NCBI GenBank assembly: GCA_965224025.1
Contig: OZ245033.1
Span: 4,832,001-4,896,000, forward strand
DNA: 64,000 nucleotides
From: Candidatus Multivorans sp.
Lineage (GTDB): Bacteria; Acidobacteriota; Thermoanaerobaculia; Multivoradales; Multivoraceae
Direction of reading: 5' to 3'
In this document: piece after piece, positions 48,121 through 58,690 of the stretch
Position numbering within the stretch: the first letter of the stretch is position 1
Layout of the letters: each line of letters begins with the position of its first letter
Notes under the pieces: model-generated
Database searches by the model: none
What the model was told of the DNA's origin: nothing
What the model saw: the letters and a program-made list of their open reading frames with translations, nothing else
Translations under genes and position numbers: made by a program

Positions 48121-48941
48121 TATCGCTCCGACTCCGCCGAGCCGTCCTGCCGCCGGGCGCGAAAGGCCGCGTCCCGTTCGGCCCGCAGCCGCAGCCCCTC
48201 GCGGAAGCGCTCGATGTTCGCCTCCGCGCCCCTCTTCAGGCGGCGGTACTTCGCCTCGGCCTCGAGCAGCAGCAGCTCGTCCCAGCCCAGCCCCTCCTCG
48301 GTCCAGTGGTACTCGTGGGTGAGAAGCTGGATCTGGTCGTACCGGTCGAGCAGCGATGTCACCACGCCTTCACGCCAGACCTGGGTGCTGTCGGAAAGGT
48401 ACTTGATCCGCTCGAAGTAGAGCGGGTCGTAGGCGTCGACGATGCCGGGAATCCGCAGCGTCCGGCCCGACCGCATCGGCATGTGGGGGCTCGCCGCCCG
48501 AATCTCGGTGCCGAAGAACCCCTCCATCAGACCGATCGCGCGTTGCGCCAGGTCGACCGTGTCGCCGCCGGAACGCTCGAGCAAACCCAGGTCGTAGTGG
48601 AAGCCCAGGTCGTGCCCCAGATCGAGCATCTCCTCGACGGTCTCGGCGCCGTCCGCCTCGAACAGGTTGTAGTCGGACCCGATCTGGACAAAGAAGGTCG
48701 CGCGCACGCTGGCTCCGTGGTCGGCCCGTGCAATTGTCAGCGCCGAGTCGAGGCTCAACTCCACGTCGTGCCGCATCAGCACGAAACGCTCCACGTCGAG
48801 CAGCGCCTCGCCCATCGGCGCCGCCTCCGCGAAAGAGAGCGTGCGGTGCGTCGCCGTGATCCGCTCCAGGATCTCCCGGTAGTGATCGAGCGTGAAGTCG
48901 AGGTCGGGGTCGGTCGGGCGAGCCGGCGGATGCTGTTTCAT
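48120..48941 (-). CDS. Polysaccharide deacetylase-like protein
   Basis: FTLDHY, MRHDVE, ATFFV, GHDLGFHY, YLSDS, QLLTH. Confidence 0.75.
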   Translation of the reverse strand: MKQHPPARPTDPDLDFTLDHYREILERITATHRTLSFAEAAPMGEALLDVERFVLMRHDVELSLDSALTIARADHGASVRATFFVQIGSDYNLFEADGAETVEEMLDLGHDLGFHYDLGLLERSGGDTVDLAQRAIGLMEGFFGTEIRAASPHMPMRSGRTLRIPGIVDAYDPLYFERIKYLSDSTQVWREGVVTSLLDRYDQIQLLTHEYHWTEEGLGWDELLLLEAEAKYRRLKRGAEANIERFREGLRLRAERDAAFRARRQDGSAESER

Positions 48942-48948
48942 GTCGGCT

Positions 48949-50013
48949 TCATGTCGGCTGCCAGGAAACTTCTCGCCATACTTCGGTCGCCAGGTCGTCG
49001 ACCGGACGCACGGCCCCTTCATCGATCCAGTCGATCAGCCGGCCCGTCACGTCAGGGTAGTTCATGGGAAGCGGCTCCGGAGTACAGGTCCAGGACTCGA
49101 CCGCTTCCACGGTCAGCCGCTTGACGACGGTGCCCAAGCCAAGTGCCGTGAGCGCCCGGCCGTTGAGGAACTGCTCCGGGTGACGGCCGATGGGCTGCAC
49201 CAGGAGGCGGCGGCCCAGGTGCAGCGCCTCGCTGATGAGCGAGAAACCCGCGTTCGTGATCACTCCCGAACAGGCAACGAGATCGGCCACGAAAGCCGCG
49301 CGGTCGTAGGGGCGGACCGAGATATTGCCGCGGTCCACCCGCTCGGGCACCGGCCGGTAGGCGACGAACCGCCGGTGAGGCAGGCGCCGGAGCAGCGCCG
49401 TGATGCTCTGCTCGCTCTCCGCGGGCAGGTAGACGAGGAACCGCTCGCCGGCGTCCGGCGGCCGGCCGGCCCTGACCGCCGCGACCAGGTCGGGACTGAT
49501 CGTGGGCGGCAGATTCGCGCCGCCGAAGCGATGCCAGTGCAAGCCGACGGCGGTCCGGACCGGAGTGTAGAGGGGAGCGAACAGGCGTAGCGCCAATCGC
49601 GCCGGCCCGGTCCGGCCGGGCAGCCGCAACCGCTGGTGAAACGCGTAGAGGTGGCCGACGCCGATGCTGGGCCGCCCGCAGCGACGAGCGATCCAGGCGG
49701 AGACAGGCTCGTAGTCGGTCAGCACGAGGTCGAAGCGCGACGCATCGAAGCTGCGGACATCACGTAGAAAACGCGCCACGCGCAACTGGCCAAGGGTTCG
49801 GAGCATCCGCACCCGGCCACCGGCCGCCTGACCCGTGAACCCCTCGAGCAGCGTGTGGCTCGCCCGGATCTCGGGGTCGGCGAATGCCGCGGAAGATCGT
49901 CCGGTGAGCAGACAGTGGACCTCGTGGCCTCGGCTCCGCAACCCGGCCACCATCGCCGCCGACCGCACCAGATGGCCGTGGCCCGTGCCCTGAACGCCGT
50001 ACAGAATCCTCAT
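48949..50013 (-). CDS. MJ1255/VC2487-family glycosyltransferase
   Basis: MRILYGVQGTGHGH, TDYEPVSAW, NAGFSLISEAL, EQFLN. Confidence 0.88.
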   Translation of the reverse strand: MRILYGVQGTGHGHLVRSAAMVAGLRSRGHEVHCLLTGRSSAAFADPEIRASHTLLEGFTGQAAGGRVRMLRTLGQLRVARFLRDVRSFDASRFDLVLTDYEPVSAWIARRCGRPSIGVGHLYAFHQRLRLPGRTGPARLALRLFAPLYTPVRTAVGLHWHRFGGANLPPTISPDLVAAVRAGRPPDAGERFLVYLPAESEQSITALLRRLPHRRFVAYRPVPERVDRGNISVRPYDRAAFVADLVACSGVITNAGFSLISEALHLGRRLLVQPIGRHPEQFLNGRALTALGLGTVVKRLTVEAVESWTCTPEPLPMNYPDVTGRLIDWIDEGAVRPVDDLATEVWREVSWQPT

Positions 50014-50184
50014 GACTGAGCCCGTCGTGTTGTGCCGGACCAGAGCACGCGGGCGGAAGGTAGCACCCGCCGACTCGCCGTCGCAAGCGCACGTCGCTGT
50101 TACACTGACAGTCCGACTGAACTTCCTCGTTTCTTTGCCGGTTCTTCCCGCTACGCACCCAGGGAGCGCGGTCTGATCCCCGCG

Positions 50185-51564
50185 TTGCAATCAGCAGGGG
50201 GTGACATCACGCGCGTTCTCATTGCCGGCATCGACGGCTATCTCGGTTGGCCGTTGGCTCAGTACCTGACGGCCCGCGGCCACGAGGTTTCCGGGATCGA
50301 TGCCGGCTTCCGCCGCGAGTGGGTCGCCGAGATGGGCGGCCGCTCCGCCTTGCCGGCCGCCTCCCTCGAGGAACGTCTCGAAGCCTTCGAGTCCGCCTAC
50401 GGCCACCGTCCCCATGTGGTCCAGGGCGACCTCACCGACAAGGAGGCGGTCTACCGGCTGTTCGAAGACGTCCAGCCGGAGGCGATCGTCCACCTGGGCG
50501 AATGCCCCTCGGCGCCGTACTCGATGATCGACGCGGACCACGCGATCTGGGTCCAGCGCAACAACATCGAGGGGACGATGAACGTCCTCTACGCGATGCG
50601 CGACCTGGCGCCGGAGTCGCACCTGGTCAAGCTGGGCACGATGGGCGAGTACGGCACGCCCAACCTGGACATACCGGAGGGCTTCTTCGAGATCGAGTAT
50701 CGCGGCCGCCGCGACCGCCTGCCCTTCCCCCGCCAGGCCGGCTCCTGGTACCACTGGAGCAAGGTCCACGACAGCAACAACGTGATGTTCGCCTGCCGCA
50801 TCTTCGGCCTCAGGGCGACCGACGTCATGCAGGGCGTCGTCTACGGCACGCGCTTCTTCGGCAGCGCCGCCGACCACCCCACCAACCCCGCGCTGCACAC
50901 CCGGCTCGACTTCGACCAGGCCTTCGGCACGGCGCTCAACCGCTTCTGCTGCCAAGCGACGATCGGCGAACCGTTGACCCTCTTCGGGCTCGGCACCCAG
51001 CGCCGCGGCTTCCTGCCGATCTGCGATTCGATGCAGTGCCTGACCCTGACGGTCGACAACCCTCCCAAGGCCGGCGACTACCGGGTGTTCAATCAGTTCG
51101 AGGAGATCTACTCGATCTCGGAACTCGCTTCCAAGGTCGCTGCCGTGGCTTCCGACATGGGTCTCGATCCGCGAATCCGGCGGATCGAGAATCCCCGCAA
51201 AGAGATGGAAGAACACCACTACAACCCGGATCACCACCATCTGCTGGCGCTGGGCTACCAGCCGACCCGGGACATGGACTCGGAGATCCGGGCGATGCTC
51301 GAAGACCTGCAGCCGCATCACGACCGGATCGAGGCGAAGCGCGAGGTACTGCTGCCCGACATCCGCTGGGACGGCAGCCGGCGGAAGTCGGCCATTCTGG
51401 ATGAAGAGACCAGCCTGGATGGAGCGACCCGTCTGGAAGGCGGCAACGGTGCGGGCCCGGACGCTCCCGCTGCCGGGAAGCCGTCAGTCGACGAGCCGGA
51501 AGCGCGAGCCGCAGATCAGGATCACACCGTCCTCACTCAGGCAGCCCCGCTCGCTCGCGGCTGA
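50185..51564 (+). CDS. sqdB: UDP-sulfoquinovose synthase
   Basis: GIDGYLGW, SAPYSM, KLGTMGEYG, YHWSKVHDS, TDVMQGVVYG, FGTALNRFC, ENPRKE.EEH.YN; start codon unclear. Confidence 0.9.
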   Translation: MQSAGGDITRVLIAGIDGYLGWPLAQYLTARGHEVSGIDAGFRREWVAEMGGRSALPAASLEERLEAFESAYGHRPHVVQGDLTDKEAVYRLFEDVQPEAIVHLGECPSAPYSMIDADHAIWVQRNNIEGTMNVLYAMRDLAPESHLVKLGTMGEYGTPNLDIPEGFFEIEYRGRRDRLPFPRQAGSWYHWSKVHDSNNVMFACRIFGLRATDVMQGVVYGTRFFGSAADHPTNPALHTRLDFDQAFGTALNRFCCQATIGEPLTLFGLGTQRRGFLPICDSMQCLTLTVDNPPKAGDYRVFNQFEEIYSISELASKVAAVASDMGLDPRIRRIENPRKEMEEHHYNPDHHHLLALGYQPTRDMDSEIRAMLEDLQPHHDRIEAKREVLLPDIRWDGSRRKSAILDEETSLDGATRLEGGNGAGPDAPAAGKPSVDEPEARAADQDHTVLTQAAPLARG

Positions 51565-52248
51565 ACGGGCGCGGCCGGCGTCCATCGCGCGCACATCGAT
51601 TCCACCCAGGCCTTCGGGCCGGCCGTCGGTCGGCAGAACGAAGCGCAGGTCGGCGTTCTCGAACGGTATCGTCGGCACGCCGCCGTCGTCGCGCACCGGG
51701 ATCTCGGCGATCTCGCTCCACCGCGCCGCGAGTTCGGCCGGACGGGGAGTCTGGATCTCCGCCGCCACGATCGCGTCGATGATGTCCGTCCGGCGGCACC
51801 GCTGCCAGTTCTCTCCCGCCGGTTCCCACGGCCCGTCCGGCTCCATGCCGTTCGTCTGGCAGTCGATCTCGAAGAAGGTCCCGCCCGTGTCCTTGGGATG
51901 GAGCTGCATGTTCTGGAAGCCTTGGCGCTCGAAATCGTTGACCAGGCGGATGCCCAGCTCCTCCACCCGTCTCCGCCGCGGAGCGTGGTCGTCGCACTGG
52001 GTGATGAACATGTAGCCGCCGTCGCCGCCCCGCCTCTCCAGGTAGCGGCCGCCCGCGGTGTTCTCCTCGATCGGGGCCACCACCTCGAGCAACTGGTTGC
52101 CGATTGGCAGCAGCGCGTTCTCGAGCCCGAACCGAACGATGCCGGGATCGTTGTAGCAGACCTCGATGTCGAACACGGCCTCCAGGTCCGCCACCACTGG
52201 AGCGAGTTCCTCGGCTACCAGACAGATCTGCCTCAGGCGCAACCACAT
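51484..52248 (-). CDS. VOC/glyoxalase-like protein
   Basis: LRLRQICLVA, FGLEN, LEVVAP, AGGRYLERRGGDGGYM, QLHPKDTGG. Confidence 0.85.
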   Translation of the reverse strand: MWLRLRQICLVAEELAPVVADLEAVFDIEVCYNDPGIVRFGLENALLPIGNQLLEVVAPIEENTAGGRYLERRGGDGGYMFITQCDDHAPRRRRVEELGIRLVNDFERQGFQNMQLHPKDTGGTFFEIDCQTNGMEPDGPWEPAGENWQRCRRTDIIDAIVAAEIQTPRPAELAARWSEIAEIPVRDDGGVPTIPFENADLRFVLPTDGRPEGLGGIDVRAMDAGRARSAASERGCLSEDGVILICGSRFRLVD

Positions 52249-52334
52249 GACGAGCCTCCTTCAGGTGCTTCGGTTCGGACGGGAGGCCGGATCATGGCAC
52301 GAATGCGCCAAGCCCGGACGATGTCGTGCCGCGG

Positions 52335-53528
52335 TTACGACTCCGGCCAGGAACCCCGACCTTCGAGCAGGAAGGTCAGGTGCGGGTGGTACAGCGCCGG
52401 CTCCAGCAGGAAGGAGTCATGCCCCTTGTCGGAGTGGACGATGATCCTCATGCAACTGACGCCGGCTTCCTCGAGCGTAGCCATCAGTTCGCCCTGCTCT
52501 TCGGGGTAGTAGCAAACGTCCGAGTTGATCGAGAAGATGAGGAAGCGCTGGTCCCGGCAGCGCTCGAAGGCTTCCTGGAGAGAACCGACGCCGGCAGCCG
52601 CGGCCAGATCGAACTGGCTCCAGGCATCGAGAATCCGCAAGTAGGAGTTGGCGTCGAACCGGGCCGCGAACTTCCGGCCCTGGTGCCGCATGTACGACTC
52701 GATCGGGTGGTTCACGCCGTACCAGGGCACGCCCGACGCCTCGGCCACCGTGTTCCGCGCCCGCCGCCGCAACGTGCGCAGCGACACGAAGGTCTTGTGG
52801 TTGATCTGGCGGGCGATCTTCATCCCTTCGAGTTCGGTGCCCGGCTCGTAGTTTCCGCGGTCGAACCGCGGATCGTTGGCGACCGCCTGGATCTGCTCGA
52901 AGTTGTGAATCCGCTGGAGCGGCGTCACCTCCATGCCGGCCGCGACCACGACCACGTTGCGCACCCGCTCGGGAAACATGATCGCCAGGTCGAGCACCGC
53001 CATGCCGCCGGTCGACGGGCCCACACCGGCGTGAAGCACGTCGATTCCCAGCCGGTCGACGAGGCGCATCGCCGCGCGGACCGAGTCCGAGAAGCGCACG
53101 CGGGGGAAGGAGGGACCCCAGCACTCGCCGGTGGCCGGATCGATCGTCAGCGGCCCGGTCGATCCGTAGCAGCCGCCGAGGTAGTTCACGCAGATGACGC
53201 AGAAGCGGTCCGTGTCGATCGCCCGGCCCGGGCCGATGAACTCATGCCACCAGCCGAGCACCATCTCGTCGGTCCAGGCATTGCCGAGGCCCGGCACGCC
53301 GTGGTTCGTGCCCGCCGCGTGGTGGCTCCCGGTGAGCGCGTGGAACAGCAGCACGGCGTTGTCGCGCGCGGCATTCAGTTCCCCGTACTGCTCCCATGCC
53401 AGGGTGAACTCCGACAGCGTGTCGCCGCACTTGAGTTCAAGCGGCGCCTCGAAGCGCTCGAACCGCGTCTCGACGACACCGATACCGCCGCCGGCATCCG
53501 CGCTCGGAGCACTGCGGATCGACTCCAT
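52335..53528 (-). CDS. metX: Homoserine O-acyltransferase (MetX family)
   Basis: YGELN...HALTG, GWW..IGPG.AIDT, GGCYGSTGP, GPSTGG, RFDANSY, GHDSFL. Confidence 0.88.
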   Translation of the reverse strand: MESIRSAPSADAGGGIGVVETRFERFEAPLELKCGDTLSEFTLAWEQYGELNAARDNAVLLFHALTGSHHAAGTNHGVPGLGNAWTDEMVLGWWHEFIGPGRAIDTDRFCVICVNYLGGCYGSTGPLTIDPATGECWGPSFPRVRFSDSVRAAMRLVDRLGIDVLHAGVGPSTGGMAVLDLAIMFPERVRNVVVVAAGMEVTPLQRIHNFEQIQAVANDPRFDRGNYEPGTELEGMKIARQINHKTFVSLRTLRRRARNTVAEASGVPWYGVNHPIESYMRHQGRKFAARFDANSYLRILDAWSQFDLAAAAGVGSLQEAFERCRDQRFLIFSINSDVCYYPEEQGELMATLEEAGVSCMRIIVHSDKGHDSFLLEPALYHPHLTFLLEGRGSWPES

Positions 53529-53534
53529 GCGCCG

Positions 53535-53594
53535 ACACTATGAGCTTGCGCCGGAGAACGCTACGGAGTGAGACCCGGCGCAAGCTCATAGTGT
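53535..53594. repeat. 20-bp perfect inverted repeat with 20-nt spacer (MITE-like)
   Basis: ACACTATGAGCTTGCGCCGG (53535-54) and CCGGCGCAAGCTCATAGTGT (53575-94). Confidence 0.85.
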
Positions 53595-53683
53595 GAGGAC
53601 GGGATGGGCCGAAGGACCGAGCGAGCGAGGGCCTTCGGGGCGCTATCCCGGCGGCCGCGCGTAAGAGCCGCTCAGCAATGCGC

Positions 53684-54967
53684 TTACGGCGGCGCGGCCA
53701 TACCGCGGGGCACGAGCACCCAATAGCGGCCCCGGTGCGCCATGCGGCCGGCAATCGCCCGGGCCCGCTCGCCCGCGCCCCAGAACACGTCCCCGCGCAC
53801 CGAGCCGCGGATCGCACCGCCCGTATCCTGAGCCACCAGCAACCACTGACGGCGCTCGTCCGGAGCCTCGGGCGCGGCGGCCGGTGTCATCGCGTCGAGC
53901 CAGACGGGTACACCGAGGGGAACGTGCTGCCGGTCCACCGCCAGCGAGCGTTCCGGCGTCAACGCGACGCCCTGGGCGCCAATCGGTCCCTCGCCTCGAA
54001 TCTGGCGGAAGAAGACGTAGGAGTCGTTCGTCGCCATGACTTCCCCAGCACGGTCCGGGTGTGCCCGCAGCCAGGCGTCGATCGACTGCAGCGACACTTC
54101 TTCCAGCGTCAATTCGCCCCAGTCCACCAGGGTCCGGCCGATCGCGTGGTACGGGTGGCCGTTCTGAGCCGCGTAGCCGACCCGGAAGATCGAGCCGTCG
54201 TCGAGTTCGACCCGTCCCGATCCCTGGATGTGGAGGAAAAAGGCTTCGATCGCATCGTCCACCCAGACCAGCTCCAGGCCGCGGCCAGCGAGGGAACCGG
54301 AGGCGATCGCCTCCCGGTCGTCGAAGGGCTCGAGGCTCCTGCCCCGAACCCGCCCGGCCACCCGGCGGCCCCGGAGGTCGTCACGGAACCGACCGAGATC
54401 CACCGATACGAGGTCGGCGGGCTGCGTGTAGAGGGGCACGTTGTATCGCTGGCTGCGGCGCCGGCTGCCGTGAAGGAGCGGTTCGAAGTAGCCGGTAAAC
54501 AGACCGACCCGCTGCAACCAGCCGGAGTCTTCGCCGGGTCGTCCACCGGTGTCCCCCTCGTCGCCCCGAGAAAGCGGCACCGCGACCAGCTCACGCTCAA
54601 CGACTGCACGGACCTCCTTTTCCCCGGCCGGGCCGCCCAGACCGCGCAGGGCCTCGCAGAACGGACGCCAGTCACCTGCCGTGCCCCCGGCCTCCACCGG
54701 CTCGAGTACACGATCCGCCGGCTGGGCGGTCAGGCGGTCGCAACTTCTGAGCAGCGCCGGCAGCGTCTCCGCCACCTCGTCAGCGGTCCAGCCCGGCAGG
54801 GTCTCAATCTCGACCGACGGTCCGTAGACCTCACGCGGCGGGGCTTCGGCAGGCGGCGCTTCGACCTCCGACGAAGGAATCAACCAAGCCGCAATCCGCT
54901 CCGGCCCGATCGCCAGAACGGTTGCCACGAGCGCCCAAGCCAGCGCCAGCAACAGGGCGATCCGCAT
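53684..54967 (-). CDS. mltA: Membrane-bound lytic murein transglycosylase A
   Basis: LFTGYFEP, FFLHIQGSG, NGHPY, N.SYVFF, SLAVD, AQDTGGAIRG..RGD.FWG. Confidence 0.93.
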   Translation of the reverse strand: MRIALLLALAWALVATVLAIGPERIAAWLIPSSEVEAPPAEAPPREVYGPSVEIETLPGWTADEVAETLPALLRSCDRLTAQPADRVLEPVEAGGTAGDWRPFCEALRGLGGPAGEKEVRAVVERELVAVPLSRGDEGDTGGRPGEDSGWLQRVGLFTGYFEPLLHGSRRRSQRYNVPLYTQPADLVSVDLGRFRDDLRGRRVAGRVRGRSLEPFDDREAIASGSLAGRGLELVWVDDAIEAFFLHIQGSGRVELDDGSIFRVGYAAQNGHPYHAIGRTLVDWGELTLEEVSLQSIDAWLRAHPDRAGEVMATNDSYVFFRQIRGEGPIGAQGVALTPERSLAVDRQHVPLGVPVWLDAMTPAAAPEAPDERRQWLLVAQDTGGAIRGSVRGDVFWGAGERARAIAGRMAHRGRYWVLVPRGMAAPP

Positions 54968-55205
54968 CCCGCGTTCCCGCGAGACTCTTCCCCGTTTCGA
55001 CCGCGGCGCCATGCAGCGGAGACGCTAGCGCATCGGGGCGACCGCGAGACCGCGCTCTGGAAGACGCACCGGGCAAGACGAATCGGCCGCCACCTGGTCG
55101 ATTTGCCTGCAGAATCGTTCACCACGAGATCGAATTCGCAGAGATCTCGCTGACTCTCGATACAGGGCAGTATCCGTCCTGGCCTTGCCGGTACGCTTCT
55201 CAGCG

Positions 55206-56405
55206 ATGACCGAACGCCCCCTGCGCTGGCTATTCTTCTACGACTGCATCTACCCGGAATCGCTCGGCGGCGTCGAGCACCGAAACTACGAGCTGGCCCG
55301 GGAGCTGGGCCGACTCGGACACGAGGTCGTGCTGTCGGGCTGGGCCGAGTCACCAGCCGAGCCCAACCCCAACGTCCGCGTCGAACCGGTCGCGAAGGCC
55401 AGCCGCCGCTACCTCGCACGCGGCCGAAGATCCGGCCTCGACGCTCTGACACTCGCTTCCCAGGTGCACCGCATTCCGCTTGACGGCATCGACATCGTCG
55501 AGACCGCGAACATCCCGTACCTGCACCTGCCCCTCCTCGCGCGGCGCTGCCGGAGGCGGCGTATCCCGTTGCTCGTCACCTGGCACGAGCACTGGGGCCG
55601 GTACTGGCGCCAGCACCGGCCTCCGGGGCCGTTCAGCCCCGGCATGTGGCGCTTCTACGCCCTCTGCGAACACTTGTCGGCGCGCTTCGGCACGCAGGCG
55701 GTCGCGGTCAGCCGCCTCACCGCAGATCGTGTCTCCAAGGTCCGCGGCGAGACGGTCGACGTCGTCCCCAACGGCATCCCGTTCGAGAGAATCCGCGCCC
55801 TCGCGGCGGAATCGGACGCGAACGCTCCGCCCCTGGCCTACGCCGGCCGGTTGATCCCGGAGAAACGGATCGACCTGCTACTCGACGCCACGGCCAGGCT
55901 GGCGGCCACTGAAACCGGCCGCAGGCTCGTCACCGAACGCGGCGCGCTGCTCCGGATCATCGGCGGCGGTCCGGCGGAGGACGGCCTCCGCGCGCACATC
56001 GAGCGGGAGAATCTCGCCGCCATCGTCGACTTCGCCGGCCGGCTGCCCGAGAGCGAGGACGTGTGGCGCGCCGTGGCCGGCGCCGACCTCGCGGTACAGC
56101 CCTCGGCCCGCGAGGGCTTCGGACTCTTCCCGCTGGAAGCGATGGCCGCCGGCGTGCCGGTGATCCACTGCCTGTCCCCGAACAGCGCGGTGTCCGAACT
56201 CGTCCGCGACGGCCGGGAAGGATGGGCCTCCGCCGCCGACGCCGGCGAATTGTCCCGACTGCTCGAGCGGCTGCTCGGCGCACCCGCGGAAGTCGCCGCC
56301 GCCTCGCGCGCGGCCCTGGAGCGCGCGGCCGGCTATGACTGGCGCCGGGTCGCGGACCGGGTCATCGAAACCGGAAGAGAACTGGTCCGGAGCGAGCGCG
56401 CCTGA
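55206..56405 (+). CDS. Glycosyltransferase family 4
   Basis: GGVE, VVPNG, GRLIPEK, PSAREGFGL..LEAMAAG. Confidence 0.9.
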   Translation: MTERPLRWLFFYDCIYPESLGGVEHRNYELARELGRLGHEVVLSGWAESPAEPNPNVRVEPVAKASRRYLARGRRSGLDALTLASQVHRIPLDGIDIVETANIPYLHLPLLARRCRRRRIPLLVTWHEHWGRYWRQHRPPGPFSPGMWRFYALCEHLSARFGTQAVAVSRLTADRVSKVRGETVDVVPNGIPFERIRALAAESDANAPPLAYAGRLIPEKRIDLLLDATARLAATETGRRLVTERGALLRIIGGGPAEDGLRAHIERENLAAIVDFAGRLPESEDVWRAVAGADLAVQPSAREGFGLFPLEAMAAGVPVIHCLSPNSAVSELVRDGREGWASAADAGELSRLLERLLGAPAEVAAASRAALERAAGYDWRRVADRVIETGRELVRSERA

Positions 56406-56449
56406 CCGCACTCCGAACGAACCGGGACTGCTGTAAGGTCTCCGCCGTC

Positions 56450-56842
56450 GTGGGGACGGTGCTGCAGGTCGAGGTTTCGCCGGGCGAACTGATCGACAAG
56501 ATCACGATCCTCGAGATCAAGGCCGAGCGGATCAGCGACCCGGACAAACTGACCAACGTCCACCGCGAGCTGCGGAGCCTGACCGCGACCCGCGAGAAAG
56601 CGCTCGACACGTCGCCGGAACTCGACGAGTTCACTGCGGAACTCCGCCGGATCAACGAGCAGCTCTGGGAGATCGAGGACGACATCCGCGACTGCGAACG
56701 GAAGTCCGACTTCGGCGGGCGCTTCGTGGAGCTCGCGCGCGCGGTCTACCGCACGAACGATCGGCGCGCCGCCGCCAAACGCGGCATCAACGAATTGCTG
56801 GGCTCGGAACTCGTCGAAGAAAAGGACTACGCCGACTACTGA
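56450..56842 (+). CDS. DUF6165-like protein
   Basis: VSPGELIDKITILEIK, LWEIEDDIR, ARAVYRTND.R, SELVEEK. Confidence 0.85.
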   Translation: MGTVLQVEVSPGELIDKITILEIKAERISDPDKLTNVHRELRSLTATREKALDTSPELDEFTAELRRINEQLWEIEDDIRDCERKSDFGGRFVELARAVYRTNDRRAAAKRGINELLGSELVEEKDYADY

Positions 56843-56938
56843 GCGGACCGCAGACTGGGTGCGCCGGCGTCCCCGCCGGCTGCCGCCGCAGGCGGCCGGG
56901 TTGACGCGCCGGCCGCGAGGCCGGCATCCCTCCTTCCG

Positions 56939-57379
56939 CTACCAGGTGCCCTCGTTCGGCATCGACGCCCACGGCTCCTCGACCGGCAGGGAGCCACCGG
57001 CCTGCAGGAGCTCGATCGAGATTCCGTCGGGCGAGCGGATGAACGCCATGCGACCGTCCCGCGGCGGCCGGTTGATCACGACGCCCTGTTCCTGAAGCGA
57101 CCGGCAGGTGCGGTAGATGTCGTCGACCTCGAAGGCCAGGTGGCCGAAGTTCCGGCCTCCCGTGTAGTCCTCGGGGTCCCAGTTGTAGGTCAGTTCGAGC
57201 AACGGCGCCGTCCGCTCCCGGGCCGGCTCGACGTCCGACGGCGCGGCCAGGAACACGAGCGTGAACCGCCCCTGCTCGCTGTCGAACCGGCGCATCTCGA
57301 CCATCCCGAGCTTGCCGCAGTAGAAGGCCAGCGCCTCCTCCAGGTCGCGGACCCGAACCATCGTGTGCAGGTACTTCAT
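56939..57379 (-). CDS. gloA: Lactoylglutathione lyase (glyoxalase I)
   Basis: [31 protein letters not shown]. Confidence 0.9.
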   Translation of the reverse strand: MKYLHTMVRVRDLEEALAFYCGKLGMVEMRRFDSEQGRFTLVFLAAPSDVEPARERTAPLLELTYNWDPEDYTGGRNFGHLAFEVDDIYRTCRSLQEQGVVINRPPRDGRMAFIRSPDGISIELLQAGGSLPVEEPWASMPNEGTW

Positions 57380-57449
57380 CCTTCGTCTTCCCCCATTCTC
57401 GGCCAGCCTCCCAGCCAGCAGCGGATCGATCCGGTAGCTTACGCCCTCA

Positions 57450-58604
57450 ATGCGCATCAGGGAGGTAGTGCATCGGGTGATCGACTCGCCGATCACCCAG
57501 GTCGGGCGCTGGAAGAGCAACGCCGCCCGCGACCTCCCCCTGATCGACGTCTCCCAGGCCGCACCGACCTACCCGCCGGCCCAGGAACTGCGCGATCACA
57601 TCGCCGCCGTTGCTCAGAGTGCGGCCACGGCGACCTACACCGACCAGCAGGGAATCCTCCCACTCCGCGAGGGTCTGGCCCGCACGCTGACCGCGGACTA
57701 CGACGCCCCGGTCGCCACCTCCCAGGTCGCCGTCACCGCCGGCTGCAACCAGGCCTTCTGCCTCGCGATGATGGCGCTGACCGACCCGGGCGACGAGGTC
57801 ATCGTCCCCCTGCCCTCCTACTTCAACCACGACATGTGGCTGCGTTCCCAGGATGTCGCCCCCGTATACCTGGAGCCGGACGCCGACATGCTCCCGGACC
57901 CCGCCGCCGCCGAGGCAGCGGTGACTCCGGCCACCCGCGCAATCGTCCTCGTCACGCCGAACAACCCAACCGGCGCCGTCTACCCGCCGGATCTCCTGGA
58001 GCGCTTCTTCAAACTCGCCCGAGACCGCGGCCTGGTCCTCGTGATCGACGAGACCTACCGCGAGTTCCGCGAGCACTCCCACCCGCCGCACACGCTCTTC
58101 TCGCGTCCCGACTGGAGCGACACCCTGATCCACCTCTACAGCTTTTCAAAGGCCTATTGCATGGCGGGCTACCGGATCGGCTGCATGGCCACGAACCCCG
58201 CGCTGCTGCGGGAAACGCTCAAGATCGCCGACTGCGTCGCCCTCTGCCCCTCCCACATCGGCCAATTGGCCGCCGTCTTCTGCCTCGACCACCTCGACGC
58301 CTGGAAACGCGAGTACCGCCGCACCGTCCGTGACCGCGTCGCCTACGCCGCCAAACGCATCCGCGAAGCGAACAGCGGCTTCGAGGTCGCCTCCTCCGGC
58401 GGCTACTTCGTCTACCTCCGCCACCCCTGGGGCGACCGCTCCTCCATCGAAGTCGGCCGCAGCCTCGCCCACGACCACGGCATCCTCTGCCTAGCCGGCG
58501 CCATGTTCGGCCCCGGCCAGGACCGCCACCTCCGCCTCGCCTTCGCCAACGTCGACCTTCCCGCCATCGACGAGCTGGTGTCGCGGCTGCGACGGATGCG
58601 ATAA
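57450..58604 (+). CDS. Aminotransferase class I/II
   Basis: [25 protein letters not shown]...GYRIG. Confidence 0.9.
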   Translation: MRIREVVHRVIDSPITQVGRWKSNAARDLPLIDVSQAAPTYPPAQELRDHIAAVAQSAATATYTDQQGILPLREGLARTLTADYDAPVATSQVAVTAGCNQAFCLAMMALTDPGDEVIVPLPSYFNHDMWLRSQDVAPVYLEPDADMLPDPAAAEAAVTPATRAIVLVTPNNPTGAVYPPDLLERFFKLARDRGLVLVIDETYREFREHSHPPHTLFSRPDWSDTLIHLYSFSKAYCMAGYRIGCMATNPALLRETLKIADCVALCPSHIGQLAAVFCLDHLDAWKREYRRTVRDRVAYAAKRIREANSGFEVASSGGYFVYLRHPWGDRSSIEVGRSLAHDHGILCLAGAMFGPGQDRHLRLAFANVDLPAIDELVSRLRRMR

Positions 58605-58690
58605 GACCCGCCTTCCGGCGGGCTCGTGGAGAGGGTCCACGAGTCGCTCGCGCAGGCCCCTCGACCCAAGGACCCCCCGCCGCGGAATCG

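Noticed and set aside
48937-48959. 11-bp tandem duplication TTCATGTCGGC at a gene junction
   Set aside because: Small slippage duplication with no evident function
53529-53683. SAM riboswitch upstream of metX
   Set aside because: No SAM-I/II/IV consensus recognisable by eye; only inverted repeats
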